Assembly: GCF_964355755.1 (NCBI RefSeq)
Contig: NC_092676.1
Location: 19,238,871 to 19,302,870, forward strand
Origin: Antedon mediterranea
Taxonomy: Eukaryota; Animalia; Echinodermata
Direction of reading: 5' to 3'
Length of the DNA stretch: 64,000 bases
Shown: positions 39,501 to 54,500 of the stretch, in pieces
Position numbering within the stretch: position 1 is the stretch's first letter
Layout of the letters: every line of letters starts with the position of its first letter
The notes under the pieces: generated by a model
What the model was told of the DNA's origin: nothing
The model's input: only the letters and a program-made list of their open reading frames with translations
The model's database searches: none
Translations under genes and position numbers: made by a program

Positions 39501-42500
39501 AAATTGACTTTTCGTTACGAAAAACCTATTTATAGAAGACGATTTTCGTATCAAATTAAAGCTTATTTAAAGCCTGATAACATACAACAAAAATTAATCC
39601 GCTAGCTCCAATGGTAATCGAGCGATCGTGTTTTGAAAACTGATGGGGATTTTCCGATGAGGTTTTCAACGCGCGGAAATCGGCTCGACGGGATTTTAGA
39701 ACCGTTTTAAAATCGCATTTTCTCGGCAACTAATTCATTAATTTTAATTATAAACACACTTATACATAGATTAAAACAAGTACTTTCAAACAATATAAAT
39801 TTTGTAAGTATTAATTAAGATTGAATACGATTTATTTAACATCAAAGTCATACTACTTTTTCGAATTTCGTCAATATTTCAAAAGTGATACCCCTCTGTG
39901 CGCTTTCATTGGGATACCTACTTATAGTCTAGCATTTAAGGTAAGGACTGAACGTGGGATTGGAAGCCAAGCTATTGTTTGTTAGTTTGTTTTTTATTGT
40001 TTGTCTGCACCCACATAACATTTACAATGAAGGAAGAAAATTACACTAGTAAAAAAGTGTGCAGAAGGAGGCCAAAATAAGTTTGAAGACAAATTTTAAG
40101 TCATGCTCACCAGATCAAAAAAATAAATAAATAAAATATTGAAGGTTTAGTAGCCCAGTTTACAAGAACAACTAATAATATTAGGAAAGAGTAGCTGGAG
40201 ATTTAATTGCCATAAGCCGCAACCAGAAACTTATTTAGGTTATATTTGAAAGAAGGAAGATCGGAAAGAATAAAAGAATAACTTCTATAATTTCTGGCAA
40301 TAAAAAATTGATTTTCTTCTCAAATGGAATGTGTGCTTTTCGGATAAATTATTAGTTTAAATGTAATTTCTTTATTTTGTACATTTAGTTGCAATCAACA
40401 AATTGAATAAATGAAAAACAAATCTAGGACACAAATCTAAAATCTCTTTACATTACCTTATTGAATGATATAACCGGTTTCGGGTGGATCCTAATAATTG
40501 TAAGACATAAGCGATAAGCTAACATCATCTCCACTTGTAAGCGCAAGAAGATTGCCCGGATTTCTTTGTCCAATACCTCAGGCTTAGAGCAGCCTTTCGC
40601 ATTAGCTGGAGGGAATGCACAGTCTGCCAATTGTAGATCTGGACTCAGTACCTAAGAAAAATGTTTATAGAATTTATGTATTTAGGCTCGGGTCAAATTT
40701 TTACATTTTTTTTGTAGCATTATACTACTGTATTATATACTACTACAGTCAATTCTCCCAAAACCGGACACCTTTGGGCTGGCCTAATATGTCTGGTTTT
40801 CCGGAAAGTCTAGAATTCGAATTGTGTAGTTAATGGTACAAATGAATTTGGGATCTTGTGGATCTCGGAAAAAGTCTGGTTTTGGGAGAGTTTCTGGTTT
40901 CAGAGAGAGTCTGGTAATGGAGAATTGACTGTATTACATTTAATAAGTATGAGAAACAACATTTTTTGTTTCTTACCTATTTTATGACAATACAATAAAT
41001 AAGAGTACTCTATTACTATTATTAACAGTTTTTCCTTTTAAGCTCTGTCTCCAGTTTATAAAAAAGTGTTATATGCTTAAATATGGTAGTGATATGTCAT
41101 CATGTCCATATATGGGCACATCACATTTTTTTGTCACATAAAGTTTGATAGTGTAGACAGAGCTTTAGTTGATTTTCTTCTATTCAATAGTGGAAAAAGA
41201 CCAAGTCAAACAGTTATATTAATATGATTCCTACCAGTGTTAACTCTCTTTGCAGTTTTTCTATCATGTAGTCTGGAGGAGAGAAACAAGTAACACAGTC
41301 TGGTACAATGACTGTGCCACCATCTAAATCCACTGCAGTCACATCCACCTGTAGGTAAATTACATAAATATTAATTTATTAGATATAATTAAAGTATTAT
41401 ATAAATAAACTTTATTTATTCACGAGACTTTACAGTACAACTTTTTCAATCAACACTGATTGTTTTTACACAAGTTTGTGATATAATAATATAGGGGCAT
41501 ATACTGTAAGGGAGTGTGGAGCAATGTGTTGGACTACTGATCTTGAGATTGTCACATCGCTTGTATCCTTATGCAAGGCACTTTACTTTCATTTGCCTCT
41601 CTCCACCTAGGTGTACAAATGGGTACCTGGTAAGGTCATAATGACAATTGCGTTGATTACTAGCTGCATTATAATAGTATGTTTCCAGACGTGTTTGATC
41701 TAAAAAATGGCAAGGGGTATTTCAATTTAAAGTGCTTAGAAGCTGTGTGAATTAAGCGCTATATAACTTAAGAATGAGTATTAATATTATTGCAGCTGTA
41801 ACAGAAATTATATAATACTTACAAGCTCTTCGATTTCTTGTTTCATTGATGAGTGGATACCCATAATAAACGGAGTTGGTGTGTTTAATACTTCTTTAAG
41901 CGGTTCAGGTAATAATGGAATATATACATAACTGGAAAACAATCAAATACTTAAATTTCATTTCAAACTAAAACAGCGTTTTGTCAATCTTTGTGAGGAC
42001 AATTAAAGTCCCATATAAATTATAAGCACTCTTTTAGTAAACAAATACTGCAGCATTATTTCAACTGCAGAACTTATTTAACTGCAGTACTGATTCAACC
42101 ACTACACTTATTCAACTACATCACTTATTCAACAGTATACTTATTTAACTGCCGTACTTAATTAACTTCAGTACTGATTCAACCACTACCCTTATTCAAC
42201 TGCAGTACTTATTCAACAGCAGTACTTAATTAACTTCAGTACTGATTCAACCACTACACTTATTGAACTGCAGCACTTACTCAACTGCAGTACTTATTCA
42301 ACTGCAGTACTTATTCAACTGTAGTACTTATTCAACTGTAGTACTGATTCAAACACCACACTTTTTTTTCAACCACTACACTTATTTAACTGCAGTACTT
42401 ATATGTAGAATGTAAATGCTTACCAGTATTTAAATGGGTATAATAGAGAGTGGATAGCTGAACAGGCATCTGTCAAGCGGGTATAACTACTGGAGTGGAA

Positions 42501-45500
42501 TAGGACCTTGTTGTCTGTCAATACTAAGCTAAACAATGTTATCACATTCTGGATTCCTGTAAATATAAACAATTAAAAAGAAAATTGGCTAGATTACAAA
42601 AAAAAGGAAATAATAACTTTCATTTATACTTATTAGGTCAAACTTTTGCTTTTAAATACATTTTAACAGTTTACAAATGATTCCAATGGTGCTGAGATAT
42701 TCAAAGTTAAAGATAAATTTTATCAATTTTTTTGTTAACGTTATTTTTTATATTATCCAAAAAAATAATCATCACTAATAAAATATTGATTTTTTTAAAC
42801 TATCTAAAGCTATTTAAAAACGTGTCATAATTATAAATGTTAATTTAGATTCATTAACTAAGCGCATACTTATTTTTGACATGGTATTTCTTGATGTATG
42901 AAATCTATTTTTGATTCACTCAAGGAATTTATTTCATGTACATTTTGGGCAAGTACTGAATACATCATAAAAATGTCTGTGATATTTTTTTTTAATAGTT
43001 TATCCATTTTTAGATCTAAAATTCAATTGTAAAAGTTGTTTATTGTATTCTTTGCTTTGTTTTATCTCAAACTGGAAGTTTTTATCTTTGTTGGTTGTGA
43101 ATTGAATAAAATAAAAATAAAATAAATTTCCACATGACGTACCAAGTTGTTGAAAGAGGAGAGCGACAGTTGAACGTGTGACAGGAACCATATCACTAAG
43201 TGGAGGCTGTATCGCTTGTCTATCACTTGCTCCAATTGAAAAACGAACCTGAAAAAACAATGAAATATTTGCAATTTAAGGTTACCATATCATCTGTCAT
43301 ACTTGATAGATGTACAAGAACCTGTGAACAATCTGTGTTTACAGAAATTTATCAGAATGGAAAGTTCATGCTAAAATAACCAAATGTGTTGGAAAAAAAA
43401 AGCGTTAAACTAGTGGAATGTTAATGCAAGTCTTGTTTCATACAATGCCAAAAGAAGAGCACATGCAATTATAGGATGGGAAACTCATGCTTCTATATAT
43501 AAATTTACGTAAGGGCAAAATTCGGTAAATCGCGCCTTACTTCTAGAATTTTCACTCGATGGTATATAAAGTTGGTTCGTACTTTCGGTACTGATTTTAA
43601 CCACTTGATGTAACCCTGTTTACTAATTAAATTAAGTTAGATAATTAGTTATTGACGATTAAAACGAATTTAGGTTCAACGATTTGCCCCAAATAGGGGT
43701 GTTTTCCGATCGTGGTATACACTGTCTAATGGATGTCCATCTTGAAAAATACCCGCCACAAAAATGCGAGGAGGCTTCGCATTTTCCTATCTCCTCCTAC
43801 GATAATTGTTTTTAATAGCTGAAAACCGGTTGAACAGCTAGAGTACACCATCATAATGTTGAAGACAGGCCGATTTTCTTTAAAAAATACTATTTTGATA
43901 GATTTAATATACGATTTTACAAATGTATTGATTTGCGATGAATGGAACATCCCAATCTCTCAGTCTGCCAGAGTTTGGTTTAACACAAGTACTGTAGGTA
44001 AATTTATGAGCCCTTGGTTTAACACATAGGGTAGGTAAATAAATATATGGGCCCTTTGAGAATAAACTTGCAATAATTTGACAATACTGTAAATAACTAT
44101 TTTTGGAACTCATTTGAATCGAAAATTTCTTACTGTGAATTTTCGTCCTGTTAGATAATAATAAACTGTTAGATATATAAACACATTATTATATACAAAT
44201 ACACTTTATACTGACAGTTCCTTCTCAACGTTTGTATTAATTAATAATTACCAAAAATATAAACGTCGTAGTGGTGTATCGTGACATGTACTTTAATATT
44301 TCAATCGATTATGACTGACAGTTTTAACAAAGTATTACATCGCAAATGTTTTACTGTATTTAGAGGTATATTATGTATAGGCTTATAAAACATGAACAAA
44401 ATATTTCGTTACTGAGTGGATAAAGAATATATTTAAAAATTGTTCCTCTTTGTACCTATCCGCTTTCCCATCCCTCAACCCTAATGTTACATACAAAACA
44501 CAAATTTGGTTTCTTTAAATGAGTCCAAATCAAAAATTTGGACTCATTTTGTGAAAAGTTTCTCCTTCGGAAGTAATTCCCAGGGTGCTAATTTTAGTTG
44601 ACTACATAAATCATCGTGTCTATTTATTCGTTTCTGTAAACGACAATGTATTATAGTCCTGCGGTACGTACATTTGAAATCGCCAGTTTTGTTACGCTGA
44701 AATTACTGTAGGCCTATATTCGAGAACCATCTGTGGGCACGACCTAGATGGTACGCGAGCGAAGCGAGCGTACCATCTAGTTCTATTAAAGCAAGTCTCA
44801 TTTGACGTTTAGGTAGTGCCCCTGAAGGCCCTGTATGGTACCTGTGGCAGTGTGGACTACTGATCGCGAGATCTTGGGTTTGAATCCAACACTCATCCCA
44901 TTGCTTGGCAAGACCCTTTACTTGCGTTTGCCTATCTCCACCCAGGTGTACAAATGGGTACCTGGTAAGGACGTCAGGACACAACTTTGAGCTGATTACT
45001 AGCTGCACTATGGGAATATGTTTCTGTATGTGTTTGACCGTCCTAACAATGACCAAGGTATTAACATGTATGGTGCTTAAGGTTTCATTAGACGCTAAAA
45101 TCCATTATAATTATTTGATGTTGAGATGATTTGAACCAAGGAACCATAAATTGGTAAGCAAACATGTAAACCACCAAGCCATAGTAACACCTTCATTCCT
45201 ATTTATAATGCATAGTACTGTATACAGAATATCAGGCTTGAGTTAAGGTTTACATATTGTTATCAATCACATGCAATAAAACATTTGTTTAAATGTACAT
45301 TCCACAACATGGATTTCTTTTATCTTAAAATATAAATAAATTTTCAAATAAAATGTTAACTTATCTTTATTATAAAAACAATTGTTTAAATATAAATTCC
45401 ACAAGCACTAAATTACTTTTAGTACCAAATGTTGGTAAAAAAAATAAGTGCACAGTTAGATCTATTAACCAGTTCAAATAGAGTAGAACAAGTCTTGAAA

Positions 45501-48500
45501 AAACTAAAATCTTTGTATACTGTAGTTATTTTATACCTCTATTATATTCTATCAATAATAAAGCATTAAATATGTTTTCTATGTTTGGATTTGACTACAG
45601 TGTCAGTTTGACAACTGCAGGGCATCCATAAACATTGTTTAAAATGTCAGTTTAGAGTCACCACATGTCCTCTCATTGAAAGCTAGGCTCTACATTCTAT
45701 TAAAAATAGACATTTAATGTCACCTGCCTAATTAGAATTCATGTCAACACAGGTATACAGCAATACAAGTGTTTGTATTTATATAGAGACTATTGACTTA
45801 ATCTAATGGGGTTTTACATGAAAAGAAGGAATTTTAGATTTTTTTTTTAATAAGATCAAGTTTTAAATTTTGTTGCCGTTTTGTGTGTGAAATCACTTCT
45901 ACCTTTAAACGTTGAAAATACAGTAACAGGATATAGCATCCTTAACCTTTATATCAAGCTGTATATTTATTTCAAATTTTAAAAACTGGATAGTAAGAGA
46001 GAACGACTATGTGTGTATGATGCTTATGCACTTGTCAATTGTACAGTATGACCAACTATATGAACCCTGAGAGAGGTGCGTCATTTATAAATAATCATTG
46101 ATGCAGAGGTGCGTCATGAAAAAAACCACACGGTACGTCACATCAATGTCCGTCACTTTACCACCCACCATATCATCATTAACAACATGGTCACAATGCG
46201 TCAAAATGGGTGCGTCATGGTCACCTAAAGGTTAGTCAATTTGTTGACGCAGGGGTGCGTCATGGTTTTCATAAGGTATGACACACATCGGATAAATGAT
46301 GCACCTCTCCCGGGGGTCATATAGTGGGTCATACGATTAAAAAGTGCCTTATTGATGTGTGACTGTTATTTAGTGTAACTGCTTTAACCCAACATGGGAA
46401 GCGTTAAACCCTTAAGTAAACAAAACTTTTCAAATACAGTAGATTGTCCTAAGCAAATGCTATCTATTCAGACAAGGAAGGAAGTGGTATTTTAAAGCAT
46501 ACTAAAATTTCAATTCATATTCTGTAGTTTCCATTTAAAAGTAAGCATCTCATATTGTAAAGGTTAAAGTGGAAAGAGAAATTGGCGATGGTTTTGTTTA
46601 TGGAAGGACAGAATCGTGGGCATAGGCGTAGATGCCTAGATGCTTCAATGTACAGATGGAGTAATCATTATTTAACCATGAAAAGGGCAGTCAAAACCTT
46701 ATTTATATAGGTTATAGGAACTTCTTCCTCAGTTGTCTGCCTTCTTCATGTACACTCGACGTTGTTTTTTGTTCATATTTTTTGTCATTTTGTGTATTTT
46801 GGAGAAAATAAATGTATTATAATTAATTATAGACTAGACATTTAAATTAAGAGCATAACATTCCAGTCAATTCTTGTACGGTATTACTGTACATCAGCTA
46901 GTAAACATTAAACATCATCCAGGTTTGCATCTGTTGACAACAGGCCCATACTTTAGATAGCATTATCATCTAACTCAACTATTACCTAACCCTACAGAAT
47001 CCCATGTGGGATGAAGATTGCTGTTAGAAGACCCGATACTGCAGGATGTTTCACATCTTTTTTAAAGGTATCATCATTTTATGCGAAGAACCTAGTGGTT
47101 AAAGTAAATAATTATGAACATGTTTATGCTCTGTCTACACCATCAAACTTTATGGGGAAAAAAATGTGATGTGCCCATAAATATATCACTACCATATTTT
47201 TGTCAAAACTATATTTGGGCATACACACACTTTTTTGTCAAACTACTGCAGTTTGAGTGTAGACAGAGCTTAAGAGAAATATGAATAAACCTGGTTTAAC
47301 ACTTGATAAATTCATAAGATAGAATCAACCAATCAGAATTAAATTGAATACTTCTATACTAAGTCATTGCACACAACCTTATTGGCCCAGCTTTCATCCA
47401 CGGCACCCCATAAATAGCTCATGTTTTCTACGGTGAATGTTAAACTTATGATGATGACAGATTGCGAAATTAAGTCATGATATTTTATGAATGCGTCTAA
47501 TTTTGCATATAAACAAGGGTTTTTTGATATTAAACAATTTACGACACAAACAGGTTTTGGTCATAAAAATTAATGGACTGTAGAAAGCATTAAAAATGCT
47601 ATCAATGAGGTACAATAGGTAAATTGCTATTTGTACTACACAATTGAGAATGAAGCATGAGTTTCAATAATTATAAAACATAGCGATTTTCCAGGAAAAA
47701 AACATTGATTGCCAATATTGTTAAAGATGTTTTAGGAAAACAAACACTTTCTTTGAATAATTACTTGTGATTACGTAAAAATCGACTTGGTTTGTCAATG
47801 CGAGCTACAGTTTCCGATTGAAAACATAGATGGGATGGTACATTAGAAAACAAATATTAAGTGTGTGATGTACAGTATGTCATTGTCAGAGCTAGAACTG
47901 TGACATGTAAGGCTCTAGGTTGCAGTGTACACCTAAGGTAACCTTTTGGGTCATGGCCATTCATCAAAATTTGACGATGACAATAGGCTATTGTAAATTA
48001 CTGGATAGTAACGACGACACCCATGAATAGTTGTTAATAATATGCCAACCGATTATTATATTATCATTAGTCGATGAGTTAACAAATAGTTATCTGCTTA
48101 ACTAAATTTAGCACCATGACAAGAACCCAAACCTAGATTAGGAAAGAATTGCTGGTCTATTTGACTAAAAACAGTCTTTCTATTTCAAAACTGTTGTCTT
48201 CCTTCTTCTTTACAATATCAACAGTATATTTTTTTCTTTACTAAAATTCCACAATCATAGGATTTGCTTTAAGCGTGGTTCCCACTAGCGACGCAACACA
48301 AGGACGTAACATAACGCAAGTGAATTGACCAATCACACGCGATGGCTTATTCGCCTGTGATTGCTAACTGTCTATAACACGTTGCGTTTACGTCCTTGCA
48401 TTACGTTCTAGTGGGAACCAAGCTTTAGAATAAAGTTGTAAGCTTTTCGTCATAAGGCTTAATTAATATGGTATTCACTTTAAATTTACCTGAGATCCTC

Positions 48501-51500
48501 CAGGAGCAGGAATAACAATGTGTCCTAAGATGTTTCCAACAAGCAGCTCTAATTTAACGTCCATTCGCTCAATGAACGATGTGTAAATCAACCCTAAACA
48601 ATTCTGAAATAGAACAGAATATAGAAACAATTACTGTTTGTATTAATTAGCATGGTAGGCCTTAAACAATTACTGTTATGTAGGCCTAAAAAAGCTCTAA
48701 TTCTGTCACTAAAAAACTAATCTAGGAGGAGAAAGTGAAGTTATCATAAACCTCAGATACTGTAGGGTGGAGATGGACGTTGTCAAATTTAAATAGAAAT
48801 AAAAATATTACAAGCTATGTTTGTAGCATGCGTTTTTCTCAATTTGCGGATTAACCTGACATTTGTGGCTGGATCTCTATCAGTGGAGAACTATAAAGTA
48901 TTTAAACAGCCAGAAAGAAATTGCAGATCATTTATATAACAAGTATTTGGAGAAAAGTAACAATATACAACAGACATCTACACAGAGGTATAAGAGAGTT
49001 TTAAACGATCACTATTAGTCTTCCGTTGGTTGTAACTTAGATATGATTTGGATCAGCTTAAATCTGTTCTGTGCATGCATTTAACAATAATACATGTGAA
49101 CACTATTACCATAGTACTATAATGTACACTCACCTTGAATGTATCGAGGTATGCTAATCTAGATACTAGTAACAAGCTCTTAGGAGCATACATGACTGTA
49201 TTATGCACCAACGAACATTCTTGTTCATCACTCTCAACATCATCAGGCTTCATCGGTGTCATTTTTACCGGTTCGCAGAATGTCAGTATCGCGCAGTAAT
49301 GGCGACCTGCCGTCACATCTGTCAGCACAGAGATGTGGAACGTCGGGAGGAATGGTTCTCTCCTCAATTTCCATCCTCCTGGTTGGCAAAACTGTAAAAT
49401 AGAAGAATGAGAGCTAAGTTTAAGGTACATGTCCTTCTTATAAACTTAAGATTTATTTCACCAAATTTGAAGGCTCTTTTATAATAATAATGGTTACAAA
49501 TATTTGAGCTGGGTATAGATAGTTGAGCGCTGTATAGATAGTTGAGCGCTGTATAGATAGTTGAGCTGGGCAGAAATGTTCTATCATTGATCAATCTCGA
49601 TTGATTTTACCCACCTTATGTTAGGCCTTCAAACCACATAGTAGTAGTAGTAGTAGTAGTAGTACAGGTAGTAGTAGCCTTAGTCACGTATGCCAGGCAA
49701 CCACTTGAACTAAATCTAATATTGATTATCTCATGTACCGTACAATGTAAATATGTCCTTTTTTTTGTTTTACTAAATAATATTAATCAGCATATCAAAT
49801 CAACACCTACTATGTAATTAATAAGTAAAGTGTTTATACCTTTAAAAATAAAAGTAAAATTGGGGAAAACCCTAAAGATTTTTTTAGAAGTTGACAGTTA
49901 TAAACAAATTATCAAATAATAAAAGCTATATAGTCTAATTTTATACTTTTTTTACTTTTCGGTTATGTTCTCCCCTTCAAGGGGAAAAGGTCTATGTCAG
50001 TTCATCCAGGTAAGCTAGTCACGTAAGACTTATACCTTCATAAAAAAATAAAATAAAAATAAAAATAAATAAAAATACCAGGGAATAGTAAAATTACAAT
50101 ATTACTAAATAAATAAATGTTAACTTTTGGGAGACACCAGCAGAAAGCTGAACATCAGACGAGAGATGGCGCAATTCACCGAACTATGACGAATGACAGA
50201 ACGTCATGTCAACGTCATTTGCGTGACCAAGGCTACTGATAAAGTAGCTGAAACGTAGCAAGTAAGTACTTGTCAACTGGTTTAACTAAAAAGTTAACAT
50301 TTATTTATTATTTTAATATCCATTTGAAACCAGATGAAATTTTTTGAGAATCTACAATATTACTAAATTCCCTTCTTCAACTTACCAGGGACTTGTTAAC
50401 TCCCTGCTTATACAGTACATAGCATAAACTGCTCTCACTAATGTGAATATGTATTTAAACTAATTAGACTAATAACCACATTACTATATTTAAGGTGGAA
50501 TCATGGAGGTATACAATTAGTTATTCATTTTATACCTCCATTGGTGGAATAATTATGAAGATTAAATCGTAAGCTTTGAAATAGGTAGACAGTGAACATG
50601 TATTATCAGAAAAGCGGCAGTTATGAAATAGGGAGTGTTTAACCTTGATTCTTTTTTTTTTATTGTATAGTGTATTGTATTCAAATAAACTACTGTAAAT
50701 GTAATGAACCATAACAATCTTATTATCTCTTGGCAAACAGCACATCATTTGTCAATTGTGATTATAATACTGTACATGGTAATGTAATGATAGTTTAAAA
50801 TCACACTACAGTATACAGTACCTGTACAAACAGTACAATCATTAATATTTAAAAAATATCATTATTGTCCCACTGAAATAAAATTTGTCTAAATCAATGG
50901 CTACCAGATGTCTCTGTGAGACGGTTGTTTGGACCAGTACCAGTAGTAGTAAATGGTTTTTTTTTAATATAATGCTATATAGATAATAATAATAATGCTA
51001 TCAAATAAGATTAATAGAAAAAAAATTACCTGAAAAACTGTAACTCAAAAGCAACAAACTGTAGTCAAATTGTCTCGAATTCAATGGTTTTTTTAACCAT
51101 TTATTTTGTTTTTTCATAAATGACTGAAAACATTACCTTTTTTATTTTATTTTTTTCTACAGAAGTAATTAACTATATTGAAACTGCAAAATGGCCTATA
51201 CAAAGTCTGTTATTATTAAAAAATAATCTTCATTTTTCATGTTTTTGGAGGACAATACATCTTTAACAAACAACAGTACATTCATTTTAAGTTTTATTTC
51301 AGTTTTTTCATTTCATTATTTAAAATGCAAACTGAAAAATAGCCAATTCATTTATTAGGTACAGTACAGGACAGAAAGTCAATTATTTTTCCATCATATA
51401 ATATAATTGCTATCTTAATCATTAGTGCCATCCAAATGAAGACTTAATTTTATACAAGTAGATTAGCATTTTGATCTTGAATTTTGAATAATTTTGAGGG

Positions 51501-54500
51501 TGAACGCTTAATTGTGTATATTAGCAAATTGTATCTCAACATTGCATGGTTCAGGTGAACTATTTATAATCGATATAATCAGGGAGTTGTAAAATAACTC
51601 CCTGATAATATAATATACAGTATCAGTGAGTTAAGATAGAAAATGACAGTGGACAAATTTATAGAAAAAAGAAATTAACTTATTGCTTAAAACATTAACA
51701 TTGCATGAGGCCAATTGTAAACGTGCTATACATTAACCATGGTTCAGTATTTTACTTGTTTGCTTTATCTGCCAATCCTATAATCTTGTCTCAAACTCAA
51801 ACTTTATTTGAACAACGCTTTTGGATCAGCTGCACACATTTATTAAAACGGTGCGTTCTAACATTAATAATACAGTCAGCAAGTAAATTTAAATTAATTT
51901 AAAAAGTATTATTACATTACAGTCAATACATAACTCAAAGTAGAGAATTTTTCAAGACTATAAAGCATTGAAACTATATTAAAAAGTATACAAATGTTCT
52001 ATGTCATATACTGTAAAATGTCCATTTCACAAGTGGACATAAGTTCATGTGAACAAGGATAATATTAATAAGTATTAATACTTAATACTACTGTAGCAAC
52101 TTAGGGCCCGTTTCTGCTGCCAACCCAAAATATACCGTATAAATATACCGTATAAATATACCGTATATATACCGTATATGAAATTCGTGCACCGTTTCCG
52201 CTGCACATACTTCGTGGGTGGGTTGTAAAAAAGTTGGCTTTCATTACCCTAAATGCATTTCGTGAGACGGAAGTATGGATTGACCTCGTGTAGTGAGGTT
52301 TTTTACCTACCGATACATGCTGACAAAAACAAAACAATGATGGTTTCTCAAAACGTCGTAGCATTGCTTTCTATTTTAAATCTAATGAGCAGAAGTGGCA
52401 ACGAATTTACACCGCACATACAAGCACAATCTAGAAATGTCACTATAAATAAACTCTGTTATTCAAATTGAGTTTATATTATGCTATATTATCCTATATT
52501 GCCGTTTTAATTTCCATTTTCTATTATACAGTATTTTACCATGATTTTACATCACGTTGTTGTCGTGTAAGAACATTTGATTTATTGTAATTCAAATCTC
52601 GGTATCTCTTCTGTTGCCATGCAGTCTCCCCCCAACTTTCGCTTCCCCCCACAATTGAATTGCAAAAATAGTGATTTGTTCGGTCCACAGTGACATTTTG
52701 ATCTGTTGCTTGCTTTTACACGTGTTTTTCAACTTTCAATGCAGCAGAAAAGCCAAAACAAACGCGTCGCGCTCTGTTAGTTTTTGACCTCGTGTCATGA
52801 GTCGGGTCACATTTACGGTATATTTTGAGTGCAGCAGAAACGGGGAACGAAATATACGGTATATTTTGGAATATACCGTATAATATCCACAAACGATGGG
52901 GATATTTATGCAGTATATATACCGCAAATATATACGGTATATTTTTTATGAGACCCATTTCTGCTGCCAAAAAATATACCGTATATAAAATATACCGTAT
53001 ATATACGGTATATTTTTGGCAGCAGAAACGAGGCCTTAGTAAGTATAGTAGTTTGAACTGAATGAATAAAGATTCATTTTTACCAGCAGTAGTTAAGAAT
53101 TAATCTTTCAACAGTACTGTGTATAAGCATGCAGAATATGTACAGTATGTTCATAGTACTACTGTGTATGATTATGAGTGAAATTTATAGCAACTAAACC
53201 ATTTTAACTTCAACATTGGTTTATGTGGTGATGGACATTAAAGGGGAGCTCCGGGTATAAAGTTTCAATAAAATATAAACCCTTGCAGCAGCACTGATCT
53301 TTCATCTACAGTAAAGCAGAACGAGTATCATAAAATTCCCATTTCAAAAAGTTGTGCTACCTGATTTTCATGTTATTTTATACCTCTAGTAAAAAATATA
53401 AATGTTGAATTTTGAAATTGTTTCATTTGCCTATCTGGATATTGAAGTGTTTCTTCAAAATACCATTTTGGAAAATTTAAAGCTTTACATATGTCAAATT
53501 AGCAATTGAAGGCACCTATTGAAAATTCATTGAGGTAGATTTTGCTACTGCACACATGACATCACAGCAATTTATAGCGATGGCTGTATAGCAAGTGTGG
53601 GGCGAAATCTCGCAATTGTTCTCGTGAAGTTTTCCTTTAATCCGGGGATAGACTGTAGCCTACTAAAATCTGAGGGTGAGTCATTTTATTTATTTATTTT
53701 CTATTTTTGGGTGGGCACCTTGTTAATAGTTACCGGGTTATCAATGCGTGAAGCAAAAAAGGGCATGATTGTAAAAACAGCTAGGGTAGGCCTTCTACTA
53801 GACAATCAACTTTTATTTCAATACATGTTTTGTGGTATTCAAAAAAATAATTACTACAGTACATCATTAGTTTTAATTGTCATACCTTTTCTAAAGTTGT
53901 TTTAATTCTTATGCTTTTATACATGTATGTACTACATATAATGAGAAATCATTTATTGGATATATGGTGCATTTTAAATGCTTTGTTATTATTATTATTA
54001 TTAGTAGTATTAGTATTATTTATTACTGTAATTATTTTTCTAACTGCAAATATGATGACCTTGACAGATCCAGTTATTTGTGACAGGATAATCTACACTG
54101 CACTGACACGAAAAGTCATGCATGAAAAGGCATTTTACGTTCAGTAAAAGAGAGGATTCCTATGAAGAGTACAAAGTGAACTTTATATGAAACCAAGATA
54201 ATCGGCTGCTATTGTTCAATACAATAGGGATTGTCAACTACCATTGAACTATACCAGTCAATGACTAAACAAGTTTAACAATTGTGGTTAGTGTATTTTA
54301 CAGCCCACTTGGTTTTATCAAATTATAAACTACATAAAAATACATTTGAAGTGTCAATATATTAAAGTTGGAGTACTGAACATACAGTAGAATTAATTTC
54401 AAACGTTTTGGTTTTATAAATTAGAGTTTTCAAAATTTTATATTTTCAAAATTACACAAACCAGTAGTGGTGTTAGTAGTCTATGAGTGCTAGCTTACCT

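Noticed and set aside
43500-44705. CpG-richer ~1.2-kb block that may be another DNA transposon
   Set aside because: Could not define convincing TIRs or a TSD by eye
53238-53660. TTAA-AGGGG start resembling a Kolobok end
   Set aside because: No matching right terminus found
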